Source: an uncultured Actinomycetes bacterium
Lineage (GTDB): Bacteria > Actinomycetota > UBA4738 > JBBDTT01
DNA length: 64,000 bases
Assembly (NCBI GenBank): GCA_963742735.1
Contig: CAVUMN010000002.1
Coordinates: 128,001 to 192,000 of the forward strand
Direction of reading: 5' to 3'
Shown here: one piece after another, positions 1-10,600 of the stretch
How positions within the stretch are numbered: the stretch's first letter is position 1
Layout of the letters: each line of letters starts with the position of its first letter
Position numbers and translations under genes: made by a program
The notes under the pieces: generated by a model
What the model was told of the DNA's origin: nothing
Database searches by the model: none
The model's input: the letters and a program-made list of their open reading frames with translations, nothing else

Positions 1-111
1 CGGGCTGCCCGAGGAGGCCCTGGAGGTCCTGGAGCGGGCCGCGCGCCCGCCCACGCCCCGGATCTCGACCTAGCCGGCCCGGGGGATCCCGCCCGTCCCG
101 GAACCGAGCCG

Positions 112-166
112 TTGACGCCATGCCGCCGGAAGGCGTATCGTGGGGCCTGATGAGAACGATTCTCAT
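112..166 (+). promoter_or_regulatory. Promoter (TTGACG-N18-TATCGT) and Zur/Fur box overlapping the znuA start codon
   Basis: TTGACG at 112-117, TATCGT at 136-141; palindrome ATGAGAA-CGA-TTCTCAT at 150-166 resembles the Zur/Fur inverted repeat; a Fur-family gene ends the operon. Confidence 0.75.
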
Positions 167-1025
167 TCTTGCTCTTGCACCGCTCCTCGTGCTGGGAGCC
201 TGTACGCGCGATCCCCGGGACGACAGCGGCGGGCGGCTCCAGGTGGTGGCCAGCTTCTATCCGCTCGCCGAGGCGGCACGGCAGGTCGGCGGCGAGTTCG
301 TCGAGGTGCGCGACCTGACTCCGCCGGGCGTCGAGCCACACGACCTGGAGCTCACCACCGACCAAGTTGATGCATTGCTGGATGCCGACCTCGTCCTCAC
401 GATCGAGGGACTCCAACCTGCCGTCGACGACGCACTGGAAGAGGCCGAGGTGCATGCTCTCCGGTTCGTTCCGTCCGGCGCGGATTCCCTTCCGTCAGGC
501 GAGGATCCCCACTTCTGGCTCGACCCGTACGAGTGGTCGACGGTTGGCCATGGAATTGCCCCAGAGCTCGCCGAGCTCGACCCCGATCACGCCCGGGACT
601 TTGATCGCGAGGCGCACCTCTACCGGCGCGATCTCGAGGCCCTCGACCAGGAGTACATGAAGGTTCTCGCAGACTGTGATCGCGACCTACTGGTGACCGC
701 CCACGACGCGTTCGGTCGCCTGGCCGCCCGCTACGGCCTCCGCGTGGAGTCGATCGCCGGGATCTCTCCGGAAGCCGAGCCGAGCCCGGCTCGCCTGGAC
801 GAGCTGACCGAGCTGGTCGAGCGAGAAGGCGTGACGACCATCCTCACCGAGGAGCTCGTGTCGCCCGAGGTGGCCGAGACCCTCGCCCGCGAGACCGGCG
901 TCAAGACGGCCGTGCTGAACCCCATCGAGTCCCTCACCGACGAGCAGCGCGCGGCCGGGGAGGACTACCTGTCGCTGATGGAGACCAACCTGGACGCGCT
1001 GTCGGAGGCCCTCGGATGCCGCTGA
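150..1025 (+). CDS. znuA: Zinc/metal ABC transporter substrate-binding lipoprotein
   Basis: Lipobox LGAC; motifs EPHDLE, DPHFWLDP, HDAFGRL; start taken at ATG 150. Confidence 0.9.
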   Translation: MRTILILALAPLLVLGACTRDPRDDSGGRLQVVASFYPLAEAARQVGGEFVEVRDLTPPGVEPHDLELTTDQVDALLDADLVLTIEGLQPAVDDALEEAEVHALRFVPSGADSLPSGEDPHFWLDPYEWSTVGHGIAPELAELDPDHARDFDREAHLYRRDLEALDQEYMKVLADCDRDLLVTAHDAFGRLAARYGLRVESIAGISPEAEPSPARLDELTELVEREGVTTILTEELVSPEVAETLARETGVKTAVLNPIESLTDEQRAAGEDYLSLMETNLDALSEALGCR

Positions 1026-1771
1026 CCGGCCCCCTCCTCGAGGCGCGCGGGGTCACGTTCGGCTACGGGCCGGAGCCGGTCCTCGAGGCCGTCGACGTCG
1101 CCGTCCACCCCGGCGAGTACGTCGCGCTCGTCGGGCCGAACGGCTCGGGGAAGTCGACGCTGCTCAAGCTCCTCCTCGGCCTGCTCCAGCCGCAGGCGGG
1201 CACGGTCCATCTCTTCGGCGAGCCGCCGGAGCGCTTCCGCGACCGCCGGCGCCTGGGCTACGTCCCTCAGCGTCCCGTCCTGGCCCGCGAGCTCCCGGCC
1301 ACCGTGGCCGAGGTGGTCGCCACCGGCCGCCTCTCCGCCCGCGGCTGGCTCGGCCGGTTCGGGCCGGCCGACCGGGAAGCCGTCGACGGAGCCTTGCTGG
1401 CCGTCGCGCTCGCCGACGAGCGGAACCGGCTGGTCGGCTCGCTCTCCGGGGGAGAGCAGCAGCGCGCGTTCATCGCCCGCGCCCTGGCCAGCGGCCCGGA
1501 CCTCCTGGTCCTCGACGAGCCCATCGCCGGTGTCGACGCGGCCTCGCAGCGCCGGTTCCGCGACACCCTTCGCTCGCTGGTGCGCGACCGGGGCACCGCG
1601 GTCCTGCTCGTCTCCCACGAGCTGGGCGCGGTGGGGGAGGACCTCGACCGCGTGGTCGTCCTCAAGCGGAGCGTCATCTTCGACGGCTCGCCCCAGGAGC
1701 TCGTCGAGTCGGGCGTGCACCTCGGCGTCCACCGCGAGGACCTTCCGCTCTGGCTGGAGGGCCTGCGGTGA
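1016..1771 (+). CDS. znuC: Metal ABC transporter ATP-binding protein
   Basis: Walker A GPNGSGKST, LSGGEQQR signature, LVLDEP, SH switch. Confidence 0.9.
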   Translation: MPLTGPLLEARGVTFGYGPEPVLEAVDVAVHPGEYVALVGPNGSGKSTLLKLLLGLLQPQAGTVHLFGEPPERFRDRRRLGYVPQRPVLARELPATVAEVVATGRLSARGWLGRFGPADREAVDGALLAVALADERNRLVGSLSGGEQQRAFIARALASGPDLLVLDEPIAGVDAASQRRFRDTLRSLVRDRGTAVLLVSHELGAVGEDLDRVVVLKRSVIFDGSPQELVESGVHLGVHREDLPLWLEGLR

Positions 1772-2646
1772 TCGGCCTCGTCTATCCCTTCGAGCGCGAG
1801 TACATGCAGCTCGCCCTGGCTGCGGGCCTGGTGGTCGGAGTCAGCGCGCCACTCATCGGGGCGTTCCTGGTCCAGAAGCGCATGTCGCTCATCGGCGACG
1901 GACTGGGCCACGTGGCGTTCGCGGGGGTGGCCGGCGGACTGCTCCTCGACGTCTGGCCGGTGTGGACCGCCCTGCTGTTCACCGTCGTCGCCGCGCTCGC
2001 CATCGAACGCCTTCGCGCCCGGGGGACCGCGAGCGGCGACCTGGCCCTGGCCCTGTTCTTCTACGGCGGGATCGCGGCCGGGGTCGTCCTGGCCGGCCGG
2101 GCCGGCGCACTGGACGCGAACCTCCTGCGCTACCTCTTCGGCCAGCTCATCACCGTGACCGGCGCCGACGTCCTCGCCGTCGCCGTGCTCGGCGGCGTGA
2201 TCGTGGCCACGATCGCCGTCGTGGGCCGGGCGCTGTTCGCCACCGTCATCGACGAGGACTGGGCCCGCGTCGCCGGCCTGCCGGTCGGCGCCCTGAACGC
2301 CCTCCTGGCCGTCCTCACCGCGATCACCGTGGTCGCGGCCATGCGGGTGGTGGGGGTGCTCCTGGTCGCCGCGTTGCTCGTGCTGCCCGTGGCCAGCGGC
2401 CAGATCCTGGCCCGCTCGTTCCGGGGGGTGTTGGGATGGTCGACGCTGGTCGGTGCGGGCTCGGTCGTCGCCGGTCTGGTTGCCGCGCGACTGTGGTCGC
2501 TCGCCCCCGGCGGGACGATCGTCCTGGTGGCCGCGGGGGTCTTCGCCGTCGCCGCCGGCATCGTCCGCTTCCGCCGCGGCCGTCTGCCCGAGGTCGTCCA
2601 CAGCGTCTCGGGCCACGGCGAGCCCCACGAGCATCCCCACAACTGA
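1768..2646 (+). CDS. znuB: Metal ABC transporter permease
   Basis: ABC-3 motif SLIGDGLGHVAFAG, many TM segments, His-rich C-terminal tail. Confidence 0.9.
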   Translation: MIGLVYPFEREYMQLALAAGLVVGVSAPLIGAFLVQKRMSLIGDGLGHVAFAGVAGGLLLDVWPVWTALLFTVVAALAIERLRARGTASGDLALALFFYGGIAAGVVLAGRAGALDANLLRYLFGQLITVTGADVLAVAVLGGVIVATIAVVGRALFATVIDEDWARVAGLPVGALNALLAVLTAITVVAAMRVVGVLLVAALLVLPVASGQILARSFRGVLGWSTLVGAGSVVAGLVAARLWSLAPGGTIVLVAAGVFAVAAGIVRFRRGRLPEVVHSVSGHGEPHEHPHN

Positions 2647-2649
2647 GCG

Positions 2650-3084
2650 ATGCGTGACGACCTGCATCTCACGGCCGCGACCCGCCTGAAGGCGACGCAG
2701 CAGCGCTATACGGAGGGACGGCGGGCCCTCGTTGACATCCTGGCCGCCGCGGCCCGGCCGGTCCCCGTCGACGACATCCTGGAGCAGGACCGCTCGTTGC
2801 CCCAGTCGAGCGTCTACCGCAACCTCGCCGTCCTGGAGCAGGCCCGAGTGGTCCGCCGCGTCCACGGCTCGGACGAGTTCGCCCGATACGAGCTGGCCGA
2901 GGACCTCTCCGAGCACCACCACCACCTGGTGTGCTCGAACTGCGGCAAGGTCGAGGACTTCGAGGCCCCCCCCGGCCTCGAACGGACGGTCCGCAGGGCG
3001 ATGGACGCCGCCGAGCTGAGCGAGGGCTTCTCCGCCCACGGCCACCGCCTGGACCTCGTCGGCCTCTGCCGCGACTGCGCGTGA
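2650..3084 (+). CDS. zur: Fur-family regulator (Zur)
   Basis: SVYRNL helix, HHHHLVCSNCG and terminal CxxC; last gene of the znu operon. Confidence 0.85.
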   Translation: MRDDLHLTAATRLKATQQRYTEGRRALVDILAAAARPVPVDDILEQDRSLPQSSVYRNLAVLEQARVVRRVHGSDEFARYELAEDLSEHHHHLVCSNCGKVEDFEAPPGLERTVRRAMDAAELSEGFSAHGHRLDLVGLCRDCA

Positions 3085-3185
3085 GCGCGGCTGGTACGTT
3101 GTAGGGGCGACGCCTCCGGCAGCCGGTCGGGGGACGGAGGGGACCACGGCAGCCGGTCGCGGTTCCAGGAAGGGGTGAAATCGAT

Positions 3186-4514
3186 ATGGCCGACACCATG
3201 GAGGCCATCACCGCCCTCGCCAAACGGCGGGGGCTCATCTTTCCATCGAGCGAGATCTACGGCGGGCTGCGCTCGTCGTGGGACTACGGCCCCCTCGGGG
3301 TCGAGCTCAAGCGCAACGTCAAGAACGCGTGGTGGCGGGCGATGGTCCAGGACCGTGCCGACATCGTCGGCCTCGACGCCGCGATCATCATGAAGCCCGA
3401 CGTGTGGGTGGCCAGCGGCCACGTCGACTCGTTCTCCGATCCGCTCGTCGAGTGCGGCACCTGTCACAAGCGGTGGCGCCAGGATCACCTCACCCCCAAC
3501 GAGGCGGGCGAGCTCGTCTGCCCCGACGACGGCGGCAAGCTGTCCGACCCCCGCCACTTCAACCTGATGTTCAAGACGTTCCTGGGCCCGGTCGACGACG
3601 AGGCGCACATCGCCTACCTGCGCCCAGAGACCGCGCAGGGGATCTTCGTCGACTTCGTCACCGTCCAGGCCGCGAGCCGCAAGAAGGTCCCGTTCGGGAT
3701 CGCCCAGATCGGCAAGAGCTTCCGCAACGAGATCACCCCGGGGAACTTCGTCTACCGCACCCGCGAGTTCGAGCAGATGGAGATGGAGTTCTTCGTCGAG
3801 CCCGGCACCGACGAGACCTGGCACGAGTACTGGATCGAGCAGCGCATGGCCTGGTACACGAACCTCGGCATCGACCCGACCCACCTCCGCGTCCGCGAGC
3901 ACGAGCAGGACGAGCTCAGTCACTACTCCAAGCGAACCGTCGACATCGAGTACGCGTTCCCGTTCACCGACTGGGGCGAGCTCGAGGGGATCGCCAACCG
4001 CACGGACTTCGACCTGAAGGCTCACGAGAAGGCCTCCGGCGAGGACCTCACCTACTACGACCAGGAGAACGACCGTCGGTACCACCCCTACGTCATCGAG
4101 CCGGCGGCCGGCGCCGACCGCGCCACCCTCGCGTTCATGCTGGATGCCTACACGGTCGAGGACACCACCACCGCGAGCGGCAAGACCGAGAAGCGAACGG
4201 TCATGCGGTTGCACAGGGACCTCGCGCCGATGAAGGTCGCGGTGCTTCCGCTCAGCCGACACGAGGACCTCGTCCCCGAGGCCAAGCAGGTGTTCGACCT
4301 GGTGAAGCGGCACTGGATGGCCGACTACGACGACTCAGGCTCGATCGGGCGCCGGTATCGCCGGCAGGACGAGGTGGGGACGCCCTACGCGGTGACCATC
4401 GACTTCGACACGGCAACCGACCGCGCGGTCACCGTTCGCGACCGCGACACCATGGCCCAGGACCGGGTCGCGGTCGACCAGCTGACCGGCTACCTGAAGG
4501 AGCGGTTGGACTGA
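3186..4514 (+). CDS. glyQS: Glycine--tRNA ligase (alpha2 dimeric type)
   Basis: [57 protein letters not shown]. Confidence 0.95.
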   Translation: MADTMEAITALAKRRGLIFPSSEIYGGLRSSWDYGPLGVELKRNVKNAWWRAMVQDRADIVGLDAAIIMKPDVWVASGHVDSFSDPLVECGTCHKRWRQDHLTPNEAGELVCPDDGGKLSDPRHFNLMFKTFLGPVDDEAHIAYLRPETAQGIFVDFVTVQAASRKKVPFGIAQIGKSFRNEITPGNFVYRTREFEQMEMEFFVEPGTDETWHEYWIEQRMAWYTNLGIDPTHLRVREHEQDELSHYSKRTVDIEYAFPFTDWGELEGIANRTDFDLKAHEKASGEDLTYYDQENDRRYHPYVIEPAAGADRATLAFMLDAYTVEDTTTASGKTEKRTVMRLHRDLAPMKVAVLPLSRHEDLVPEAKQVFDLVKRHWMADYDDSGSIGRRYRRQDEVGTPYAVTIDFDTATDRAVTVRDRDTMAQDRVAVDQLTGYLKERLD

Positions 4515-5830
4515 GCAGGCGACAGCCGGCCGCGCCGCTGGCCCTGCTCCTGCTCGCGACGGTGATCGGGCAGGGGATCGCCGTCGGCTCACGCCTGGCG
4601 AGCGAGCGCGAGCGGAGCGTCGTGCCCCACGTCACCCCGCTCGGCGAGGGCGTCACCTCAGACGAGGCTCGCGCCGCCCTCTGTCAGCGCGAGGCCCCCT
4701 CGCCCGAACCGGCCACCACCGGCCCGCCGCTGCCCGAGCCCCTGCGTCCGGTCGCCGCCGCCGTCGAGGACATCCGCACGCTCAAGTTCAAGCGCTCCGT
4801 GAACCCCGAGGCCGTCACCCGCGAGGAGATGGCGCGCCGCGCCGCGGAGCTCAACGCGGCCGCCTTTCCCGAGGACCGGATGGCCCGGCGAACCCTGGCA
4901 TGGCGCACGATGGGCGTGATCCCTCCCGACGCCGACCTGGTCGAGCAGCTGCGCACGTTCGCGCAGAACACGATCATCGGCTACTACGACACGCTGTCGA
5001 AGGAGCTCGTCTACGTCGGCACCGGTGACCCGAACCCTTACGAGCGGGTCATCCTGGCCCACGAGCTCACCCACGCCCTGGACGACCAGCACTTCCAGCT
5101 CGCGCGCCTGGACGCCATCGACGCGCGGTGCGAGGACGACGCCCTGATCGCCGGTGTCGCCATCGCGGAGGGCAGCGCACGGCTGACCGAGCTCATCTAC
5201 ATCTCCCGGGAGCTCACCCCGAACGAGTACGCGGAGTACCAGCAGGAGTCGCTGTCCGGCGGCTCGGCCCCGGTCGGCGTGAGCCCGTTCCTGATCAACC
5301 TGCTGCTGTTCCCGTACCCCTACGGCCAGACGTTCGCCCAGGGGATCGTGGCCACCGAGGGCTTCGGCGGGCTCAACGGGGCGATGCGAACGCTCCCCGC
5401 GAGCACCGAGCAGATCCTGCACCCGAACCGGTTCCCCGAGGACGCGCCCCGCGACGTCGACGTCCCCGACCTGGCCCCGGCGCTCGGGGAGGGATGGGCC
5501 GACCTTGACGTCTACGACGTCGGCGAGGCCTGGCTGCGCCTGGCCCTGACCCTGAAGCTCACCACCGTCGAGGCGGCGAGCGCGGCCGCCGGGTGGGACG
5601 GCGGCGAGTACCGGGCGTGGGCGAGCGGCGACCGGACCGCGGTCGCGCTCCAGACCCTGTGGGACGACGAACGCGAGGCGGGGGAGTTCGCGCAGTCCAT
5701 GCGCGCCTGGCTCGGCCGGACGGCGAGCGGCGCGGTCACCCGGGTCCACCGCGACGGCGCGAGGGTGACGGTGCTGTGGGCCCCCGACGAGGACGCGTTG
5801 AACGCGATGTCCAACGGCGTCCGCGCCTAG
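4511..5830 (+). CDS. Secreted/membrane-anchored zinc metallopeptidase-like protein
   Basis: N-terminal hydrophobic segment, [13 protein letters not shown] (HExxH) plus downstream [18 protein letters not shown]; start inferred as CTG overlapping the glyQS stop. Confidence 0.65.
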   Translation: MSRRQPAAPLALLLLATVIGQGIAVGSRLASERERSVVPHVTPLGEGVTSDEARAALCQREAPSPEPATTGPPLPEPLRPVAAAVEDIRTLKFKRSVNPEAVTREEMARRAAELNAAAFPEDRMARRTLAWRTMGVIPPDADLVEQLRTFAQNTIIGYYDTLSKELVYVGTGDPNPYERVILAHELTHALDDQHFQLARLDAIDARCEDDALIAGVAIAEGSARLTELIYISRELTPNEYAEYQQESLSGGSAPVGVSPFLINLLLFPYPYGQTFAQGIVATEGFGGLNGAMRTLPASTEQILHPNRFPEDAPRDVDVPDLAPALGEGWADLDVYDVGEAWLRLALTLKLTTVEAASAAAGWDGGEYRAWASGDRTAVALQTLWDDEREAGEFAQSMRAWLGRTASGAVTRVHRDGARVTVLWAPDEDALNAMSNGVRA

Positions 5831-6475
5831 CTACGCGGCGACGACCTCGGCCTCGGCGGGCAGCAGCGCGGCGATGGCCTCGCCCAGCCGGCGGGTCAGG
5901 TGCTGAGCGCTCTCGCCCTTGCGAGGCTTGAGGGGCTTGCCGTAGACGACCTCCAGGGGCACCCGTCGCTGCAGGAGCTTTCGGTGGGTCCGCGTCCAGA
6001 TCCGTTGGGTGCCCCACACCGAGACGGGGATGAGCGGTGCGCCGGACTCCAGGGCCATGCGGGCGGCGCCGGTCTTCAGGCCGTCGATCCTGAACTCGAT
6101 GTTCATCCGGCCCTCGGGATGCAGCCCGACCACATCGCCCTCCCGCAGCGCCTCGATCGCGAAGCGGAACGCCTGGGCCGGGTCGTCGTCGCGGTCGACG
6201 GGGATGTGGCGCATGGCCCGCATCATCGGGCCCGAGATCCTGTGGCGGAACGCCTGGGCATGCGAGATGAACCTGACCAGCCGGTGGCGGGGGATCGCCG
6301 CGTAGCCGATGAACACGAAGTCCAGGAAGCCGACGTGGTTGGCCGCCAGGATGGCGGGGCCGGTCAGGGGCAGGTTCTCCTCGCCGCGGACGGTGATCTT
6401 CCAGCGCAACAGGCGCATCAAGCTGACCGCGAACCAGACGACGAAGTTGTAGAAGCGATTCTTCTGCGGACGCAC
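5831..6475 (-). CDS. Lysophospholipid acyltransferase (PlsC family)
   Basis: NHVGFLD (HxxxxD), HPEGR, KTGAARMA, PLIPV; start inferred at GTG 6475. Confidence 0.85.
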   Translation of the reverse strand: MRPQKNRFYNFVVWFAVSLMRLLRWKITVRGEENLPLTGPAILAANHVGFLDFVFIGYAAIPRHRLVRFISHAQAFRHRISGPMMRAMRHIPVDRDDDPAQAFRFAIEALREGDVVGLHPEGRMNIEFRIDGLKTGAARMALESGAPLIPVSVWGTQRIWTRTHRKLLQRRVPLEVVYGKPLKPRKGESAQHLTRRLGEAIAALLPAEAEVVAA

Positions 6476-6528
6476 GAGCGCAATGGTAGCGATAACGGCC
6501 TCGTCCGCGAAGCCGTTGACACAAGGGG

Positions 6529-6939
6529 CTACTGCGTGACGGCGCTGATCTCGATCAGGTGGCCGTCGGGATCGCGGGTGAACGCGCGGGTCTCGCGGCC
6601 GGACGTGACCGGCGGCGTCAGGAACTCGGCCCCGCGCGACCGCAGCGCCTCGTACGCGGCCCGGCAGTCCGGGACCCGGATCGTCCAGGCGTGGTCGACC
6701 CGGTCGGGATCGTGAGGCACGTCGAACGTCACGGTCGGCTTGTCGGGTGTGGGGCCGCCGCCGGTCACGAGCAGGACCCAGCACCCCAGGAACCGCAGGA
6801 CCACCGAGGTGCCGCCGTACTCGTACTCGACGGTCGCACCCAGGACGTCGCGATACCAGTCGCGGGAACGGGCGGCGTCGGAGACCACCAGGATCTGGGT
6901 GAGCTCCATCCCCTCGGCGGGGAACTCCGGAAACGACAT
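6529..6939 (-). CDS. VOC/glyoxalase family protein
   Basis: LVVSDAARSRDWYRDVLG ... RDPDGHLIEI. Confidence 0.85.
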   Translation of the reverse strand: MSFPEFPAEGMELTQILVVSDAARSRDWYRDVLGATVEYEYGGTSVVLRFLGCWVLLVTGGGPTPDKPTVTFDVPHDPDRVDHAWTIRVPDCRAAYEALRSRGAEFLTPPVTSGRETRAFTRDPDGHLIEISAVTQ

Positions 6940-6966
6940 GTGGGCAGCCTATTGGCTGCCCACATG
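6937..6966. terminator. Perfect 13-bp hairpin downstream of cspA
   Basis: CATGTGGGCAGCC-TATT-GGCTGCCCACATG. Confidence 0.6.
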
Positions 6967-6993
6967 CGTTGGGTTGCTACTTGAGCGGGATGC

Positions 6994-7206
6994 TCAGGCG
7001 GCGCTGGAAGGACGGACGTTGTTCGCCTGCGGGCCCTTCTGGCCCTGGCTGACGTCGTACTCGACCTTCTGGTTCTCCTCGAGGTTGCGGTACCCCTCGC
7101 CCGAGATCGCGCTGAAGTGCACGAAAACGTCGGCGGTTCCGTCGTCGGGGGTGATGAAACCGAAGCCCTTCTCTGCGCTGAACCACTTCACGGTGCCAGT
7201 TGCCAT
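6994..7206 (-). CDS. cspA: Cold-shock protein
   Basis: [15 protein letters not shown] (RNP1), DVFVHFSAI (RNP2). Confidence 0.95.
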   Translation of the reverse strand: MATGTVKWFSAEKGFGFITPDDGTADVFVHFSAISGEGYRNLEENQKVEYDVSQGQKGPQANNVRPSSAA

Positions 7207-7232
7207 GTGCTGTTCTCCTATCTGACTGCTGA

Positions 7233-7334
7233 CTACTTCGCTTGCTTGCCCTTCTTCGCCTTGCGCTTTTCCTTCAGGCTCTTCTGGGCGGTCTTCTTAC
7301 TACTTTTGGTTCCTCCCTTGTCCTTGTTGGCCAT
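7233..7334 (-). CDS. 33-aa lysine-rich small protein
   Basis: [33 protein letters not shown] preceded by GAGGAGAGGAG SD; directly upstream of cspA. Confidence 0.6.
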   Translation of the reverse strand: MANKDKGGTKSSKKTAQKSLKEKRKAKKGKQAK

Positions 7335-7356
7335 GAGGACTCCTCTCCTCGAGTGG

Positions 7357-7548
7357 CTAGGCCTTGCCGCCGGTGCGCCGGGCGGCCGCCGGGTTCGGGC
7401 CCCAACCGCGGTGGATCCCACACTCGTCGCTCGCGTTGTAGCGCGACAGCTGTGTGTCGCACACCGAACAGGTCCGACCTTGCCCGTAGGACTTCATGGG
7501 ACGGTCGTTGCTGCCGGCCAGAGCGCCGATGCTGTGGGTTCGTTTCAT
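7357..7548 (-). CDS. 63-aa putative Zn-binding small protein (CxxC...CxxH)
   Basis: MKRTHS...GRTCSVCDTQLSRYNASDECGIH; GGGAGG SD upstream; same strand as cspA cluster. Confidence 0.55.
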   Translation of the reverse strand: MKRTHSIGALAGSNDRPMKSYGQGRTCSVCDTQLSRYNASDECGIHRGWGPNPAAARRTGGKA

Positions 7549-7671
7549 GCGATCGGGTCTCCTCCCCAAGCACCCGGGGTTCGGGAGCCGTAGGAAGAGC
7601 CTACCGCGTTTTGGCCCTCCCTCGCCCCGAGCGACGAACCCGCGCCGGATCGGCCCTAGACTCGACGCGCC

Positions 7672-10600
7672 GTGGTGCGCTGTCCGGTTTGCAATCAGGA
7701 GAACCCCGAGCATGCCAAGTTCTGCCTGAACTGCGCCGCCCCGCTCGGCGCCGCGGCGATCCCCGAGGCCGAGGAGCGCAAGGTCGTCTCGGTCCTGTTC
7801 GCCGACCTCGCGGGGTTCACGGCGCGCTCGGAACAATCCGACCCCGAGGACGTCCGCGCGATCCTGCGTCCGTATCACGCCGCGCTGCGCAAGGAGATCG
7901 AGCGCTACGGCGGGACCGTCGAGAAGTTCATCGGCGACGCCGTCGTCGGGGTGTTCGGCGCGCCGGTTGCGCACGAGGACGACGCCGAGCGCGCGGTCCG
8001 CGCCGCGCTGCGCATCCAGGATGCCATCGGGGAGATGAACGCCGCCGAGCCGGGCCTCGACCTCACCGTCCGCTCGGCGGTCAACACCGGCGAGGCCGTC
8101 GTCACCCTCGCCGCCCGGACCGAGCTCGGCGAGGCCATGGTCGCCGGCGACGTCATCAACACCGCGTCGCGCCTCCAGGGCGTGTGTCCCGAGGGCGGGG
8201 TGGTCGTGGGGGAGATGACCCACCGAACGACCTCCGGGCTGTTCGACTACCGGCAGCTCGACTCCGTCCGGGTGAAGGGCAAGCGCGAGCCCGTCGCCGT
8301 CTGGCAGGCAGTCGCCCCGCTGAGCCGGTTCGGCGTCGACGTCCGACAGCATGCGGACACGCCGCTCGTCGGCCGGGACGACGAGCTCGACCTGCTCCGG
8401 CGAAGCCTCACCCGGACCCTCCGCGAGTCCAGCGTCCAGCTCGTCACCGTGATCGGCGAGCCCGGCGTCGGCAAGACCCGCTTGGTGTCGGAGGTCTTCG
8501 CCCACGTCGACGAGCTCACCGACATCGTCGCGTGGCGGCAGGGCCGGTGTCTGCCCTACGGCGAAGGCGTGACGTACTGGGCGCTGGGGGAGATCGTGAA
8601 GGCGCAGGCCGGGATCCTCGAGTCCGACACGCCCGACGAGGCCGCCGCGAAGCTCGAAGTCGCCGTGAACGGCGTGATCGAGGAAGAGGCCGACCGCGGC
8701 TGGGTCCGCGCCCGCCTCGCCCCGCTCACCGGGCTGGCCGTGGAGCAGGCCGACCAGGTCGAGAAGGGCGAGTCGTTCGCGGCCTGGCGCCGCTTCATCG
8801 AGGGCATCGCGGCCCGCGACCCGCTCGTCCTCGTCTTCGAGGACCTCCACTGGGCCGACCCCCCGCTCCTGGAGTTCATCGACCACCTCGTCGACTACGC
8901 CATCGGCGTGCCGATGCTCGTCCTGTGCACGGCCCGTCCGGAGCTGTTCGAGTCGAACCCCGATTGGGCCGGAGGCAAACGCAACTCCACGACGATCGCG
9001 CTCACGCCGCTCTCCGAGGACGAGACCGGCCGCCTGGTCTCGGCCCTCCTGCAGGACGTGACCCTCCCGCCGGACGTCCAGACGGCCCTGCTCGAACGCG
9101 CCGGCGGCAACCCCCTCTACGCCGAGGAGTTCGTCCGGATGCTCACCGACGCCGGCCTCCTCGAACGGACGAACGGCGAGGTGAAGCTCGTCACCGATCG
9201 TGACATCCCGGTGCCCGACACCGTCCAGGCGCTCATCGCCGCGCGCCTCGACACCGTGCCACCCGAGCGCAAGGCTCTCCTGCACGACGCCTCGGTGGTC
9301 GGCAAGGTGTTCTGGTCCGGCGCGCTCGCGTCCATGGGCCCTGCAGGGGAGCCCGCCGTCCGCGACGGCCTCCACGAGCTGGCGCGCAAGGAGCTGGTCC
9401 GCCCCGCGCGCACCTCCAGCGTGAAGGACCAGGCCGAGTACGCGTTCTGGCACGTCCTGGTCCGCGACGTCGCCTACTCCCAGATCCCGCGAGCCGCGCG
9501 GGCCGCGAAGCACCGCGCCGCCGCAGCCTGGATCGAGACCATCGCCGGCGATCGTGTCGCCGACCACGCCGAGCTCCTGGCCCACCACTACGTCCAGGCC
9601 CTCGAGCTCGCCCGGGCCAGCGGGGAGACGGAGGAGGCCGAGGCCCTCGAGGAGCCCGCGGCCCGGTTCCTCCAGCTCGCGGGGGACCGCGCCTACCTGC
9701 TCGACGTCCCGAGTGCCGACGCGTACTACCGCCGCGCGCTGGAGCTGTTCGCGAAGGGCCGCCCGGGCCGCGGCGAGTTCCTGGCGAAGGCCAGCCAGAC
9801 CGCCTATCTGCGGGGAGAGCTCGAGGAGGCCCGGCGGTTGGTGGAGGAGGCCGTCGAGGTCGCCCTGGCCGAGGACGATCAGCTCTCCGCGGGACGGGCG
9901 CTGCTGCATCTGGCCGAGGTCGTGTCCGACCTCGGAAGGACCGAGGCCGGCCGGGCGCCGCTGGCCCGAGCGGTCGAGATCCTCGAGGCGCTCCCGCCCG
10001 GACCGGACCTCGCCCGCGCCTACTCGTTCATGGCCCGCGACCGCACGCTGAGCGGCTACCCGGCCGAGGCTGTGCCGTGGGCCGAGAAGGCTCTGACCCT
10101 CGGCCGGGAGGTCGGGCCGCCGGCCGTCGTGGTGCGTTCGCTCCAGTACCGCGGGATGGCCCGGCAGGAGCTGGGGGATCCCGGAGGCCTGGAGGACTCG
10201 CGGGAGGCCCTGGCGGTGGCCACCGCGAGCGGGCTCGGATGGGAGACCGCGCGGGCGTACAACAACCTGTCCGACCAGGTGTGGTTCGAGGAGGGCCCCC
10301 AGGCCGGCCTTCGCCTGATCGAGGAGGGACTGAGGATCGCCGAGCAGCGGGGCGACGCGTTCGACGTGGCCTGGCTCACCGGCACGAGCATGCTTCAGCT
10401 CTACGAGGCCGGCGAGTGGGACGAGTGTCTCCGGCGGGCCACGGGGCTCTTGGAATGGAAGGCGGGGGAGAGCGGCTCCATCGGGCTCATCGCCGCGGCC
10501 GCCGCGGAGGCGGTCCAGGTCCAGCGGGGAGAGGTCGACGCGGCGGCCGCGCTCATGGAGCACTGGCTGCCGCGAGGCCTCGAGAGCCGGGAGCCCCAGA

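Noticed and set aside
3085-3185. T-box riboswitch before glyQS
   Set aside because: Only ~100 bp, with no T-box consensus or terminator/antiterminator
3278-4510. N-terminal half of the 850-aa ORF overlapping glyQS
   Set aside because: Off-frame Arg/Pro-rich read-through typical of high-GC DNA; only the part after 4511 is protein-like
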